A stretch of 64,000 nt of DNA, taken from NCBI RefSeq assembly GCF_036321535.1, contig NC_087436.1, positions 24,554,001-24,618,000 on the forward strand. The letters run 5' to 3'. Below the pieces are notes generated by a model. The model saw only the letters and a list, made by a program, of their open reading frames with translations. It ran no database searches and was not told where the DNA came from. Shown piece after piece: positions 50,271 through 63,300 of the stretch. Numbering within the stretch: the stretch's first letter is position 1; each line of letters begins with the position of its first letter. Made by a program: the position numbers and the translations under genes. The stretch comes from Camelus dromedarius. Lineage: Eukaryota.

Positions 50271-52369
50271 TGTACTTTCCTGACTAGCAAGGGGTCAAAT
50301 GCAGTTAACACCCCTCAGGGGATCCTCAGTAAATGGGCCTCTGTCCATGACTGTTTTGGGTCTGCAGACTGTAGTCCAGGATCTTAGGAAGCTTGGGGTT
50401 AATTTGGGGATTGCAGCTGAAATCAAAAGTCCTGCTTTGTGAAATGTTTTAGAGCCTGGATGTCCTAAAATTCTAGGAGAGCTTAGACAGGAATACTCCA
50501 AGCCTGTTCAGGAGTTTATATCACTTCTTAGCGTAAGCTTGATGTGTCCTGGAGATTCTGGCCTAAAATAGATGAAAGAAAGAGAGAAGGAAAGAAAGAA
50601 AGAGAAACACAGCAAAATATATAATAAATACACATATAAATTACCTAAACAACATGACTCAGTTAATATTTAAGCTTATATGCCTATGTGTCTTGTTCTG
50701 TGTATATATATTATATACATATACATATATCAGTATACATATACATACACATATACACACATTCACTCCTGTTCAAATTATATTTTTTACAGAAATGATA
50801 CTAAACTCTAATTCCAGTTTTGCAGCAGCTTTTGAGTGCTCTTCCTTGAATGCGTGGGTGCTGGCAGGGACGTTGAGAATCAGTACTCAGTTGCGAGTTG
50901 ATGTCAAGATCAACCATCAGGAGGACATGACGCAGGCTAAGTGAGAAGTGAGGAGAGAGCTCAGCTCTAGGACGAGGAACAGCGAAATGATACCGCAGGC
51001 CTGTCTGCCTGAAGTATGGTAGTGGCCTGGCTCTTAAAGTTGGTACGAGATGGATTTTTCGATTAAATATTTTCATATGATGATGCCTTGGAATTACTTG
51101 GGAGAATATCAGCGATTTTCTCTCCTTGAGAGCTGTTGTTCTATCAGGGTCTGTCTCATTTTAAAAAACCCAAAACTTTGCCTGGGCGTGAGTCCTAAAG
51201 ATGGGTACAGAGCTGGCAGTAGTCTTTTCATGGATGGACACTGACAGAGACACAGAGCAGACGCCCTCCCTCCCTCCCACGCTCCTTCCTCCCTTTCCAC
51301 CCCCTCACCCCTCCATCCATCCTCCTTTAGTTTTAGATCTTGTGTCTCTTCAGCACCCAGGCTATAAATACAGACACTCTAGTAGTAAAATTTGGCTTCT
51401 TTGGCCTTGGGTCTGAGGAGTGGCCAGCAGAGTAACACATAGGGCCTCAGTGGCTTATTAATGAATAAAAATCAATGAGTAGATGAAACCAACACCTGAG
51501 GTTGAAATTCAGAGAAAGTACCAAGGTTTCCTCCAAGTATGACATTAAAATGACCTCATTTCAGGGTGTGAGTCTGGTGCTTTTGCTTTTTAAATGAAGA
51601 CTTCAAGATGTTCCATTTGGTAAGTCAGGCCACATTACCAAAAACGTGCTGATTTCTGGAGGGTAGTGGGGTGGGTAGGGGGTGGAGCAGGATAAGGAGC
51701 AGAGGGCGTGTTGGAAGTTGGAGAACATACCTGACAGTTAAAGTGGAATCAGTACCCATTTCTTCTTGGGACCCAAGTTTATCGTTTAATTTCTAGGCAT
51801 TCCAGACATTCCAATTCCAGACAATTCATTTTCTTTTCATACAGAATATAATGAAGCAAACACTGCAAACTTGACAAGGAGAGAGAGGAAAAAGAGAAAC
51901 CATGAAATAAAACGTTAAAGGCAAAAATCCTGTCGCCCTAAGGCTAGTTAGGTGTTTTTTTCAAAACAAAGGATAAGGTAACCACAGTATGCAAAGTCTA
52001 AAACCAGGCTGCTTTTAGAGAGTCACCAGAATCCCAGAGGGTGGTAGGTGACAGGGAGGGAAGCTGGGAGTCAGGGGCTGGAGTCAGGAGTCCCCAGAAC
52101 TGCTGAGTGGATGGGAATCCTTCACTGAGGAAGTGGAGGGGAGGACTCAAGGGCTCACCTGGACCTGTTATTCGAACACTAATGGTCCTAATTTATGGAC
52201 ACCCACTAAATGCCAGTGACTTTAGTGACCTCTAGTCCTTGAATTTCTGTAAGATGGGTATCATTTTCCTCATTTTGTAAAGTAGAAATGGAGGCTCTGA
52301 GAGGTTTATCCCACTTAATCATTAACGCTGTTGTTAATGGTGCACTTAGGAACCAGTTCAGGTTGTAGG

Positions 52370-52545
52370 CACTCTGTATGTAGAAAATTATTTAATCTTC
52401 ATGGCATCCCTATGATTAGGCCACCTTTATTGTCCCCATTCCACAGATGAGAAAACTGAGGCACCAGAGTTAAAGGGGCTCATCCAAAGTCACATGATTA
52501 GTAAATGGGAGGGCTAGGATTTAAACCAAGTCTGTCTGACTTCCT
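52370..52545 (-). mobile_element. MIR
   Basis: CCCCATTCCACAGATGAGAAAACTGAGGCAC...GGATTTAAACCAAGTCTGTCTGAC. Confidence 0.82.
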
Positions 52546-53156
52546 AACCTAGTTTGTTTTTCCTACTTCACCATGTGTCAGCTCAAAATGTTGAGAAATA
52601 TCACAAACATATCACAAATCCAGAAAATAACATCCTGTTTTTATTATTTTCTAGGATATCTTTTTTTTCCCCTAGTTTTTTTGGGCAGCTTGTTTTGATT
52701 GACTCTTTACATGACAATGATTTTGTAATGTCAATTTCTATAGTGACTATAGAAGGATAATACAATCCTTCCTTTAGCCTGATTGATCAAAGCTTTTTTT
52801 ATTTATTAGAGTTGAGAATGCATAAATCATGTGATGTCACACACAAATTTGTCTAATACAACTATGGGATTTTGGCCTATGATAAAGGAGTTATGATAAA
52901 TTCTATTTTGCACAATTCTCATCAAAAAAGAAAGAAAATCTAGTGCATCTATAATTGTATACTGTGCCTTGTTGAGTCTATTCCTGACAGAAACTTTTGT
53001 TTTGACTGGGCTTCAGTGAGAATTGAATCTTCCAGTTACAATTTTACTTGTCTGAAGACTAAAATAATTTCCCACAGACTAGCTTCTTGTTCCCTGCATT
53101 TCAAATCTTGTTTCTTTTTTGCTACCCACACATTTTCAGTGCTGGATGCTATAGAG

Positions 53157-53290
53157 CGGGTGACAATACATTCTGGTTTATCTGGGTCAGTCTTAATTTA
53201 CACCTGTTGTCTTGGCATAATTATTCATAGGGCCTTTCTTCTTCCTCTCAAAAGTGTCCTTGTGGGGAGGAAGGAGTTAAACAGCTCGCC
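53157..53290. mobile_element. MER94-like hAT-Blackjack MITE
   Basis: GGGTGACAATAC...TTTACACCTGTTGTC...TAATTATT...CTCTCAAAAGTGTCC. Confidence 0.7.
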
Positions 53291-54837
53291 TGTGATCCAT
53301 TTCTCCTCTGATTGCTTGGGAGAATGCTTCTGGAAAAGAAAGGAAGTGGCCTGGTTTCATCTCACTGTAAACATGTTCTTAACTGGACTTCCTGGTTGAT
53401 TGATGATATTTGATAGGAAAGTCCTGATATATGGAGTGTTCTTAGTTGGAGCTCCCTGGTTTGGAATTACTTACGGTCAGCAAGCCTAGATGTTCTAGAT
53501 TTAGAAGGCATGATCCCTGGGGAAGATCATGCTCCCTGTACAACTATCTGGGTATAAAATGGGGATGTTTCATAACCTAAAACCTCCTTGATGTGTGAAA
53601 TGACACATAAACTCGTCTAGAAACCCCATATATTATTCTGTCTAGAGGGCATGTGTCTGGTGCAGGAAGGGAAGACGTGGGGAGTCATGTAGGACATCCC
53701 AGACACCACCTTGCTTTGCCCGTGCCTCTTGCTTGCTTGTATCCGTAAAAGTACTAGTACAGCTTGATTTGGAGTAAAGTCTTGGATTTGTGTGAGTGAT
53801 TTGACAACCTGATCCTTTAGGCTAGCTCACTTGGGTTGAACAATAGATTATAGCCATCCTAGCCTTCGGACACATTCACATGGTTGTGTGACCTTTAGTC
53901 CTGCATCTTTGTGTTGTGAAGTTCAGTGTGTCGGCATAGGAGGAGTTTTTCTGAAATCCTACCAATGACTAGACACAGAGAGGACAAACAGCTTCCTAGT
54001 TGGTGCTGAAATTGCTATTCTGAGTTCCACGTTTTGAGAACCACTGGTTTCAGACCACTGACTGGACTCTCTGGGTCCCAGTCCCATTTTTGGGTCTTGC
54101 TCTGATGATGGTCTGGGAGTCTTTGAAACCTCACTTCCCATCTACTGCTTATGGTTGCTTCTGGGCCTTGCCTTTTAGGACTCAGGTATAAGTCTGTTTG
54201 ATTCCACAGGACCACTGCATTGTCAGTTTTTAAATCCCAGCTCCCTCAATGTCTTTTAGCATTGTTTAAGTCAGAGACATTTAATTTCCAGGGGGCCCAG
54301 TTGGAACAAGCACTTGATAGACACTCAGCAAGCTTCTGCTGTTTAAAGACATGGATTGTACCACTAAGCTGTTGAAGGCACAGAAGACCCAGGAACTGGC
54401 ACCCTGTTCCCTACAGCCCTGTTGTTCAGCACAGCATATTGGAGAATCTATAAGGCGATTAATGATGCCAAGATCTAATAATAAAATGCCAACTACATAG
54501 AGATACCCCAAAGTGGATATAAAGTCTCTCCTATGATCAAATTCCTAGTGAGAAATTAAACTCCAATAGTTAAATCTCCTTGAAATTCCAAGTCCAGATA
54601 TGTTAAAGCCTAAAGGATATAAAATTAGAAATATATATCTTTTGCCCTTGAATTAAACATTCTTATGTTAAAGCCTCCAGATCATTGCCTCTAATTTCTT
54701 ATTCTGCTGAGTCACTGGAACTTCCACCCAACCCCAGCACGCACAGCAAGTATAATCTAGTTCAAGAAGCACCACTTCTGCTGAGACCTCCCCAATGGTC
54801 CAGAGCCTCAGCTGAAGGCCACGTGGACTAAACCTTT

Positions 54838-55337
54838 TGTAATGGACCAGGACCATCTGGGGCCCTCCTGGGACAGACCTCCTCCCCCATATCCTCTGCT
54901 GTAGCTCCTCTCTGAAGGACCTAGATAATAATATCTGGTACACCTTTCCTGAGTTGTTTTACAGATGCTAAAACCACTACCGAACAGAAGAAATTAACTA
55001 TTTGATGACCAAGAGCACTTAGCCCCCAGACCCATCGGTGCCTAAGGATTGATCATGTTAACTCCGAGACACTGCCCTGTTACCTCACCATCAACCAGTC
55101 AGAGAATTGTGCACCAGCTGATCATACTCCCTATGACTCCCCTCCCTCACCTGGGCCTTTAAAATGTTTTGCTGAAACCCTTCAGGGAGTTTGGGGTATC
55201 TGAGCACGAGCAAGCGGCCCTTTCTCCTTGTATTGGCACCTTACAATAAACACTGCCCTTTCCTTCACCACAACCCGCTGTCAGTAGGTTGACTTTACTG
55301 CGCTCTGTTGAGTGCACCTGAATTTGGTTTGGTAACA
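54838..55337 (+). mobile_element. ERV1-type solo LTR (500 bp)
   Basis: TGTAAT...GTAACA ends with exact TSD CTTT (54834-54837 / 55338-55341). TTTAAAA TATA-like at ~55158 and AATAAA at 55245. Confidence 0.9.
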
Positions 55338-57288
55338 CTTTTCCTAGTGGCTTGTTTGCCTTGGCTAAAATCTGGGTGTCTTTGTGTAAGGCTAGCATGG
55401 AGAAAACATTTGCTTGAAGCCACCATGCAGGCAGCCTTCCTTTCATGGAAGCAGTCACTTGCCTGCGGACAAAGCCACCTTAACTGGCAAGAGGGGCAAG
55501 AAGCTTTTTCCATTAACACAGACTGATGGGCTTTCCTACTTCTTGTGGCCTTGGAGGACCACAGAGCTAAGGTTCCATCCCTAGAGATTCCAATTAAAGT
55601 TCAGGGCAGGACCTGGGAACTGGTAATTTACAAGCACTTCAGGTGATTTGGATAAAAGTTGTATCTGCTGCATTTGATTGCGAATTCCTGGAATGTAGTC
55701 CCAGTGTCTAGCATAGCATCTGAAACTTATTAAGCACTCAGTGAATATTTGTGTACTGAATAAAACAGTTTCAATCTGAAAAGTAAGAAGGGGTGGCAGA
55801 GGCTCTGAGGAAGAATTTCATAACTGTACTGGTAGTTCTTCTGCTGCTTGGTCAAGGGTAAGAGATTCTTCTTCTTAGAATGTATTTGTTAGTAAGTTCT
55901 TGGGTTTTAGGTTTTGACTGAGGTGGGACTGGGAAGGAGAGGAGGAGGAGACATTACAAAGTCAATTTCTTTAAAATTACTGGGACTGTATATGATATCA
56001 CATCATCCTGTTGTATACTTAAAATATATTACAATTTTATCTGTCAATTATACTTCAATACAGCTGAAGAAGATCACTGGGACTGTAGGAACCAAAGGTA
56101 TGTCGGCTGTTTGTCAATGAGTGTCACTTTCTATACAGACCAGTGCCATTAAATAGTCGGATAGAATGTGCATTGGGTGCAGAATGTAATTTATTTTCTC
56201 TGTAATGCTTTAATAATCCCAACATTATACAGCTATTTCTACTTCTAGCTCCATTTTGACTTCCAAATCTATTCTGTTAGACTTTATCATGTACACCCTG
56301 ATTTTGAAAAACTTAGGTATTCTGTGTAAAACTCTTGCCTCCACTGAAGTTCCCTGCTTCTTGTTATGCTTTATTCTCTCTCCACACTTCTGCATGTCTC
56401 TAAAACAGTTACATCTCCGCAGCCAATTTGATTCTCTAAGAAATCACTGAAAATCCTTCGATTAAGGAACTTAGCCAACAGCCATCCATAGAGAATTAAT
56501 TTTAAACTTTTACATGCTCATACTATATATTTTTCAGAAAGTCACAGATTTTGCATAACTTGACTTAGCGATGAGTCCTCAGAGGTGATGGCATGTTTTC
56601 CTACTGGTAGGAAAGCTGTCACTGGGCTTAACAAAGATAAGAAGTAGTTACACAGCAAAAATGTGACCCGAGTTGCTTGGCTCATTGGTGTTGTAGGGGT
56701 TGATAAGGTAATCCTATTGCATGTGAGAGCCTGTGAGAGCATGTGGGCCACTAGCTGCCATCTCAGGGGGATCAGGTGAGCCTCCCAAGTCCCCAGCTAG
56801 CGTCTGCATGCTTGGATACCTGCAGGTGAGGCTGGCTGGCTCCCCTGTCAGGTGAGCCACGGTACAACAATCACTCTACTCCTTCCTTTTATTTCTGAGT
56901 CTCCCATTGTGAAGAGAAAACCTGAATTCTAAGATGTTTTAGATACTGCATTCTTTGCAGACATTCTAAATCTTTTGGACTTTTCTTCTTACACCTGTGA
57001 AACAAAAACCCAGCTCAAAAAATAACTCTGGGTGCTGACAGGGTCACGTTAGGACACAGTCCCTATCCCCTTAGTTCCAGCGTAAACAGATGCATAGCTT
57101 GTATCTTGGCCAGGCACAGACGTTGGGTCTCGGCCACTGCACTCATCTGCTGTCTCCGCTGGTCTCCTGCAAATCTATGCAAACCAGAATGCAGGAATAA
57201 TTTGTTTTCATCCAAAAGTTTGTTTCCCATCTTCCATCTGCGTTCCCAGTTTATTTGCCCAGAAACCATCTCAGTATGTCACTTCACT

Positions 57289-57478
57289 TAGTGGTTCTCA
57301 AATATTAGCCTACCTTAAAACAACCTGAAATTTGTTAAAACACCTCCAGCCAGGCTCCACCCACCGAGTTCCTGATTCAGCAGGTTTGGGGTGGGGTCTG
57401 AGAATCTGCATACCTAGTAAGTCCCCAAGTGATCCCGATGCTCTTGCTGGTCCAGGGGCCACACTTTGAGAACCACTG
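57289..57478. mobile_element. MER5A-like hAT MITE
   Basis: Terminal inverted repeats (T)AGTGGTTCTCAAA / TTTGAGAACCACTG and internal TGATTCAGCAGGTTTGGGGTGGGG...GAGAATCTGCAT. Confidence 0.9.
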
Positions 57479-57782
57479 CCCTGAACCAACTTTATTGATT
57501 CTGATTAACTACTGGACTGGGATAAATTTAAAATTCCATCAGGTAATTTAAAGAACATTAGGTGGAGATGATGTCTAGTTAAATTTGGTTAAATAAATTA
57601 GGTCAACTTAAAATGCTGTTAGATAAATTTAGATACTATTGGGTCAATTAAAAATACCATCAATCAGAGATGATAGTTCACCTACAGGTCCTATGAAAAG
57701 GGGCGCAAAAAATTAAGAGTCAGTGAGAGCTATGAGACCTCTTGCTCCCATGAGTTTCTTCAAAAATATATAGGAAGTGGGT

Positions 57783-57870
57783 GGGAGGTGTAGGGTATAG
57801 CTCAGCAGTACAGCATGTGCTTAGCATGCACCAGGTCCTGGGTTCAATCTCTAGTACCTCCATTAAAAAA
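57783..57870 (+). mobile_element. Vic-1-like SINE
   Basis: GGGTATAGCTCAGCAGTACAG...GGTCCTGGGTTCAATC...TACCTCCATTAAAAAA. Confidence 0.9.
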
Positions 57871-59196
57871 GTATATATATAGAGAGAGATAGAGGCAGTG
57901 AATTGTGCACATTTGTGTGTTGAAACAAGTACACCAAAGCATAGTAATGTTATGGTGCATTATTATATCAGCTCAGCTAAATTACGGGTTGGAATATAAC
58001 CCTTACAGCCGATACAGGTCCAAGATGCTGATAAGGCAGGGTTTTAGTCCTATCTGTTAATTCAGAAAATGGTTATTGAGGTTCTATTATGTGCATGACA
58101 CCAGATTAAACATAGGTGCAGAAGTTAGATGACAAGATACAGTTCTAAGAGCTTGGGATTCAGTACATAAGATTAGTCAGAACTACAGTATAACGTGTAA
58201 TGTAAGTGCTGTAAGAGAAACACAAATACATTATTTTGGCTGCTCAGAGGCAGAAAGGATCATTTGAAGGTAACAGAAGAGGGGTCTTTTGAGGGGACAG
58301 TGAACTTCTTAGGTCAGGGACGGGGGCTGCTTGAGAAGACCTAATGTAGCACCTGGGCAGGTAGGTGGTTACTGAGTGTTGTGGGTGCTCGTCTTGAACG
58401 ATGAGTGTGACTTAGGTGGGAAGGGTGAGTGTCTTCATCAAAATAATGGGAAATTTGGAGGAGAAGAAGCAGAAAGATGAAAGGTACCATTGCAGATGAG
58501 AAATGCCAGCCTGAGGAATTTATTTCAAAGGCTTTTGGGGATTCATTTGGCATTTTTTGAGCTGAGGAAACAATCTGATAAATCAGAAGGATGCATTGTG
58601 GTTGGGTGAATATAACAGATTATGGTCAATGAACGTTTGCTACTGTGCTAGGCTCTGTGCTAAGTACTCCAAGGGGAATATCTCTAATTGCATTACAACT
58701 CAGACAGATGAGTATATTATTGCTCCCATTTTATAGATGCAGACACAGAGGCATAGAAACCTAGAGGAAGTTGCTCGAGGTGTCAAACTAGTGAATGGTG
58801 GGGAAGTAGTGAGCGTCTGAGGAGGGGTGATGACGGCACGAGTCGCAGTAGGGGACATGCTCTGAGGACACAACAGTATTGCAGAGACAGTATCCACAGG
58901 GCTAGGCAAGAGCCATTGGGAGGGGAAAGGGAGCTGGACAGGTCAAAGTTGACTCAAGATCTGAGGCTGGACAGCTTGGGGCAAAGCATTACCATCATTG
59001 TGCTTTCCAGTCCTGATAATATTAGCATCATAAAGAGGCTTCATTGTTTTTGAAAAGGAGAGTGGAAAACAAAAATGGAGAGAGAGATAATCAGTTGAAA
59101 AGGATGATGTGAAGAGAAGGAGCGTTATTAGGTGAAGGGGGGCCCTGCTACCCAGGACATCACTGAGTGTGTGAGAAGCCCAGATACAGCATCCCC

Positions 59197-59325
59197 TTTT
59201 TTTAAACTGTAGTATAGTCAGTTTACAATATTGTGTCAATTTCTGGTGTACAGCATAATGTTTCAGTCATACACATACATATGTATATTCCTTTCCATAT
59301 TCTTTTCATTCTAGGTTACTACAAG
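59197..59325 (-). mobile_element. Short L1 3' end
   Basis: AGTATAGTCAGTTTACAATATTGTGTCAATTTCTGGTGTACAGCATAATG. Confidence 0.88.
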
Positions 59326-59418
59326 GTAAAAGGATACAAGGTTAACATAGCATTCACTTTCAGCACCTGCAGTGCTGCAGAATCTTCCCCTGTCTCTGCC
59401 TGTATACCCTATGAATTT

Positions 59419-59840
59419 ATGATTGCAAATAGTCACCAATTCTTTGCACCTCTGGCTTTAAAGAGGTAGAGTTCTTTCCCCGCCCTTTGAATCCTTGCTG
59501 TCCTTGACTATATGTAATGTGGCTGAAGTGATGTTATGCATGTTCTAAGCCTGCTCCTGGAGAGGGGTTGCACACTTCTGCTTGCTCTCTTGACATGTGC
59601 CCATCGTGTCAGGAAGCCCGGCTCACCTGGTGAGGGAGACCCTGGGGAGCAGAGCTGAGTCAGTACCAGCTCAGGCTCCAGACAGGTGAGTGAGGCCCTC
59701 CTAGACCACTTGGCCTCATCTGAGCCAGCTCACAACCAACATACCTCCTCCCATCCCGTGACCTTCAGAATCATGAGCAAATGAATGACAGTTATTTCAA
59801 GCCACTACACTGTGGAGTGCTTTGTTATGAAGCAAACTCT
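59419..59840 (+). mobile_element. MaLR LTR (MLT1G/H-like)
   Basis: CAGAATCATGAGCAAATGAATGACAGTTATTTCAAGCCACTA...TTTGTTATGAAGCAA 3' motif. Confidence 0.75.
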
Positions 59841-60161
59841 GATTCACCGAGTCACTTGATGGACCCCTCGCAGTATCTTCAATTGTGGGCTGATGATATA
59901 CAAACCCAGCCATATACAGACCCAGAGGACTCAACAAGTTATTCTATCACCCATTGTAAATGCTTGACTTCCCAGTCCTGGAGAGTTTAAATTCATTTCT
60001 TCATATTTTTAAAACAGAACAAAATAAGAAGTCTGACTTAGTTTGTCAACTTAGTGACAGACCTGGGAAAAACTCCTGAGTCCAATTTTTCAACAAGTAC
60101 ACCACTTTAACTTACCTTGATAAGACATTTCCTGGTAAGTGATAATTACTGTTGCCTACGT

Positions 60162-60330
60162 CAGTGATTTCCAATCTTTAATGAGCGTAAGTATAACCTG
60201 AATGTTCCTGGGCCCCTTTCTCAGTGATTCAGTAAGTCGGGTGGGGGTGGGGCTCAGGAATCTGTATAGATCCTGAGGACCCAGGGCAGTCATGATGCAG
60301 GCACTTCACTGATTACACTTTGGAAGTATT
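60162..60330. mobile_element. MER5-like hAT MITE, degraded
   Basis: TGATTCAGTAAGTC...GGGGCTCAGGAATCTGTA...TGATGCAG...ACACTTTG. Confidence 0.7.
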
Positions 60331-63300
60331 CTCCTAAATATTGAAGATTGAATCTAAAATAGTCTATGTCTTCCCTCTGGTCTTGCTCTGTGATTTGCCC
60401 ATAATTACAGGTAACTGGAAACAATCCCTGGACCAGGGCAACTTGTAAACAAACATCAGGATACTGAGAACACCAATCTCCCATGCTGATGCCAGATTTA
60501 CTCACGTAATTCCCTCTGTTTTCTTTGATATTTTTATTCTAAGTGAGGTATATTGAGGGCACTAATATAATGAGGGTCCTGTTCTGCAAGCATCTTCTTT
60601 AACTTTCATTGATCATTGACATTCTCATTCCTACTTACCAAAGAGGCTTAAAAAGTTATATAGAAAGCAAGGGGGCAAAATCAATTGGTACCTAGATTTC
60701 CTTAAGTCTGTCTCCCTTTTTCTCAGTGTCATTTTTGGAATATATGGTTTGGATGAGAGGCTTCAAATTGTGTATAGAAGACAGAGAGAGGTGGTGGGTA
60801 AAGGAAAGTGAGAGAGAGAGAAAAAGAATGAGAGACAGAGAAAGAGCGAGAAAGACATAGTTATGCTAGGCAAAAAAAAGATAGGAGAGGGTTTGTAAAT
60901 TTATGAAAAGGTAATGTTTGCCACTATTCTTTCCTTTCCTTTCAAATTTTCAAGTTTCAGGAAAGCTCGTGCAGGGTAAGGAGAGGAAGTTAGCTGTTTC
61001 AGTCTAGTTCATTACTTTCAGGATTCCTTATGAGTTTGAAAGTGAATTAGGACCTGAAGAAGTAACCCTGTCCTTGTCCAAGTGTGCACAGTGTCAGTTT
61101 CCGTGTTTCATGTCTGACCAATTTCACTGGACAACTCAGTGGTCCCTGAAAAAAACAGAGAGCGACAGGTGAAGAGAGAAGAGTTGGGGGTCTTTAGAAG
61201 AGTGACTGGTTTTCCTCATGCCCATCCAGGACTCTTTAATATATATAATTTACATCTTTTACTCATCTTTTCACTCATTTCCCCATCTGACTAGAATACA
61301 GAACTTTTCTTCCTTTTGTTGATGATTTTTTAAGGTTCTAATGGTCTCTGTTGTTTGAATGGAAAACACAAAAGCAAAGAGTACATTATATAAGGGGAAT
61401 ACCCTGACTTTTCTCTATGGTAGAGGGACAAAGATGTGTGGGTGAAAATGGGGAGGAACAGGAGAGTGACTTACCCATCTGAGCCATGGGTTGGTTCTCC
61501 CACAATGTCAAATCACATTCGGATTATTTCTAGATGGTTTTGGAACAACTGGTGACCTTTGTTAATTCAAACATCCATTCAATTTAGTGAAACCAAAGTC
61601 AGTCCCTCAGATTGTCTGATTGGGTTGGCCTGTCCATTTGGCCAAAGCCGTGGTATTTCATCCTGCGAGGCAGTGAGTTTGGGGGTAGTAGGGAACTCCA
61701 AATCAGAATCTACCAGGGAAATGTCTTTTTTTCTTTAAAATACATTTGTTCAGGCTTCTTCCCTCAGTGTTGGATATGCCTTTGGGGTTCTGAAAAGGCA
61801 CTGAGGTCATTCTGACAGGCCTCCCAACCCTCGTTGAGAGACTTTGAGTTAAATAGTCATGTTAAGGCAATTTGAAAGTCTTAAGAGAGTTCCCCCATCC
61901 TCAGCGGTTTTAATTAAGAAAAGAATGAACTGATGGTTGATTTTCTAAAAGAGAAAACAAGAACAATACTGCACTTATCCTAAATGATTGGAAGGATAAT
62001 TTCTTCTGGGGGGTCTTGAGGGGCTGATTCTTCAGTTTGTATTTTAGGAAGGCGTCCTTGCTGACAGCACAAACGGGGACCATTGGGTCATTGGAATCCT
62101 TCTACTCTGAACTCTGTACGGAAGCCACTTTCAGGCTGGCTCTGACAGCGAGGGGCTTTCCCTTTTGAATGTTTGTTTTATGATCTAAAATCCAGCCTCA
62201 CCGGCAGAAGAGTCAGTCCCCTGCATGACAAGGCTGTGTGCCATCCAGGGATTTACTCATGGCTAAGTGCACCATGAACAGAGATTTATGATCAACTTCC
62301 CAGTCAATTAAAATTCCAGATATTACTAAGGCAGAATTCAATTAAGGTTAATTGGGGCTTCTGAAAACTGCTTTTCCAAAGGGAAACCATGATGGGATTG
62401 TGACTCCTAGTGGGTTTCGATCAGTTTTAAATAACTTTCCGTGCCTTTCTTTTCTTGGCACAAGACGCCTCGTCTCCCTGCTGTCTGGCTCCTGCTATTA
62501 TCATTCGATTCAGATGTTGATTTTTCTGTCATAAGTTATCATGGTGACTTATTTGGTTTTTGCTTTGTCTTTTCCTTAAAAACAAAGGAAAAAAAAAAAA
62601 ACCAAACCAAAAACAAAACAAAACTCCCAAGGCTCTCAGTCAACCAGAACCCTGAACAAAACCGCAACCTGAACCAGGCGGAAACCACAGTGGTCTGACA
62701 TGAAAGAAATATAGTCATTTGGAAGATTGTGACAACGTTTCAGAAGCAATTATCCAAACTGGAAAAATAACCCATTTCTTTTCCTTTGTCATTAAGGTGG
62801 ATGAAAGGGTTCGCAAACATTGTCTACGACGGGGGCGGGGGTAGAAATGAAGCAAGAAGGAGGGTGGAAACGGTGCAAGCAGGCATTATGATGCGAGCCA
62901 GGCTTTCCATTCTGCCCGAAATTTTATTTTCTTGTCGTCAAGGGCTATTGTGACAGTTCTTAGCACAGTTGATTGAACTGGGAAAACACATGGGACGGGG
63001 CCTTAGTCACCGAATGCAGAACATGTATTCTGGAGCTCACAGAGCAATCTGGAGCAAGGGGTGAATAATAATTTCAGTGGTTTGTTTTCTCTGAATTTCC
63101 AACCTATTGTTCATCACTGGAGATTAATAGCACCAAGCTAAAGAGAGATTTTCTTTCTGAAAAGAAGAAGTGAGGAGTGTGTGAGGAGGGGAGGGACATC
63201 GCACCGGCTCAGACATTCACGAATTTTTCCAACCGGCAGAGCCTCGCGTTTGCCGCAACAGATAGGAGCCCGGCAGATTCCGCCTCCTTCTTGAATTAGT

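Noticed and set aside
56820..57015. Possible minus-strand exon (TTTTTGTTTCACAG acceptor, CAG|GTATCC donor)
   Set aside because: The donor is weak, there is no recognisable coding signal or partner exon, and it is compatible with chance.
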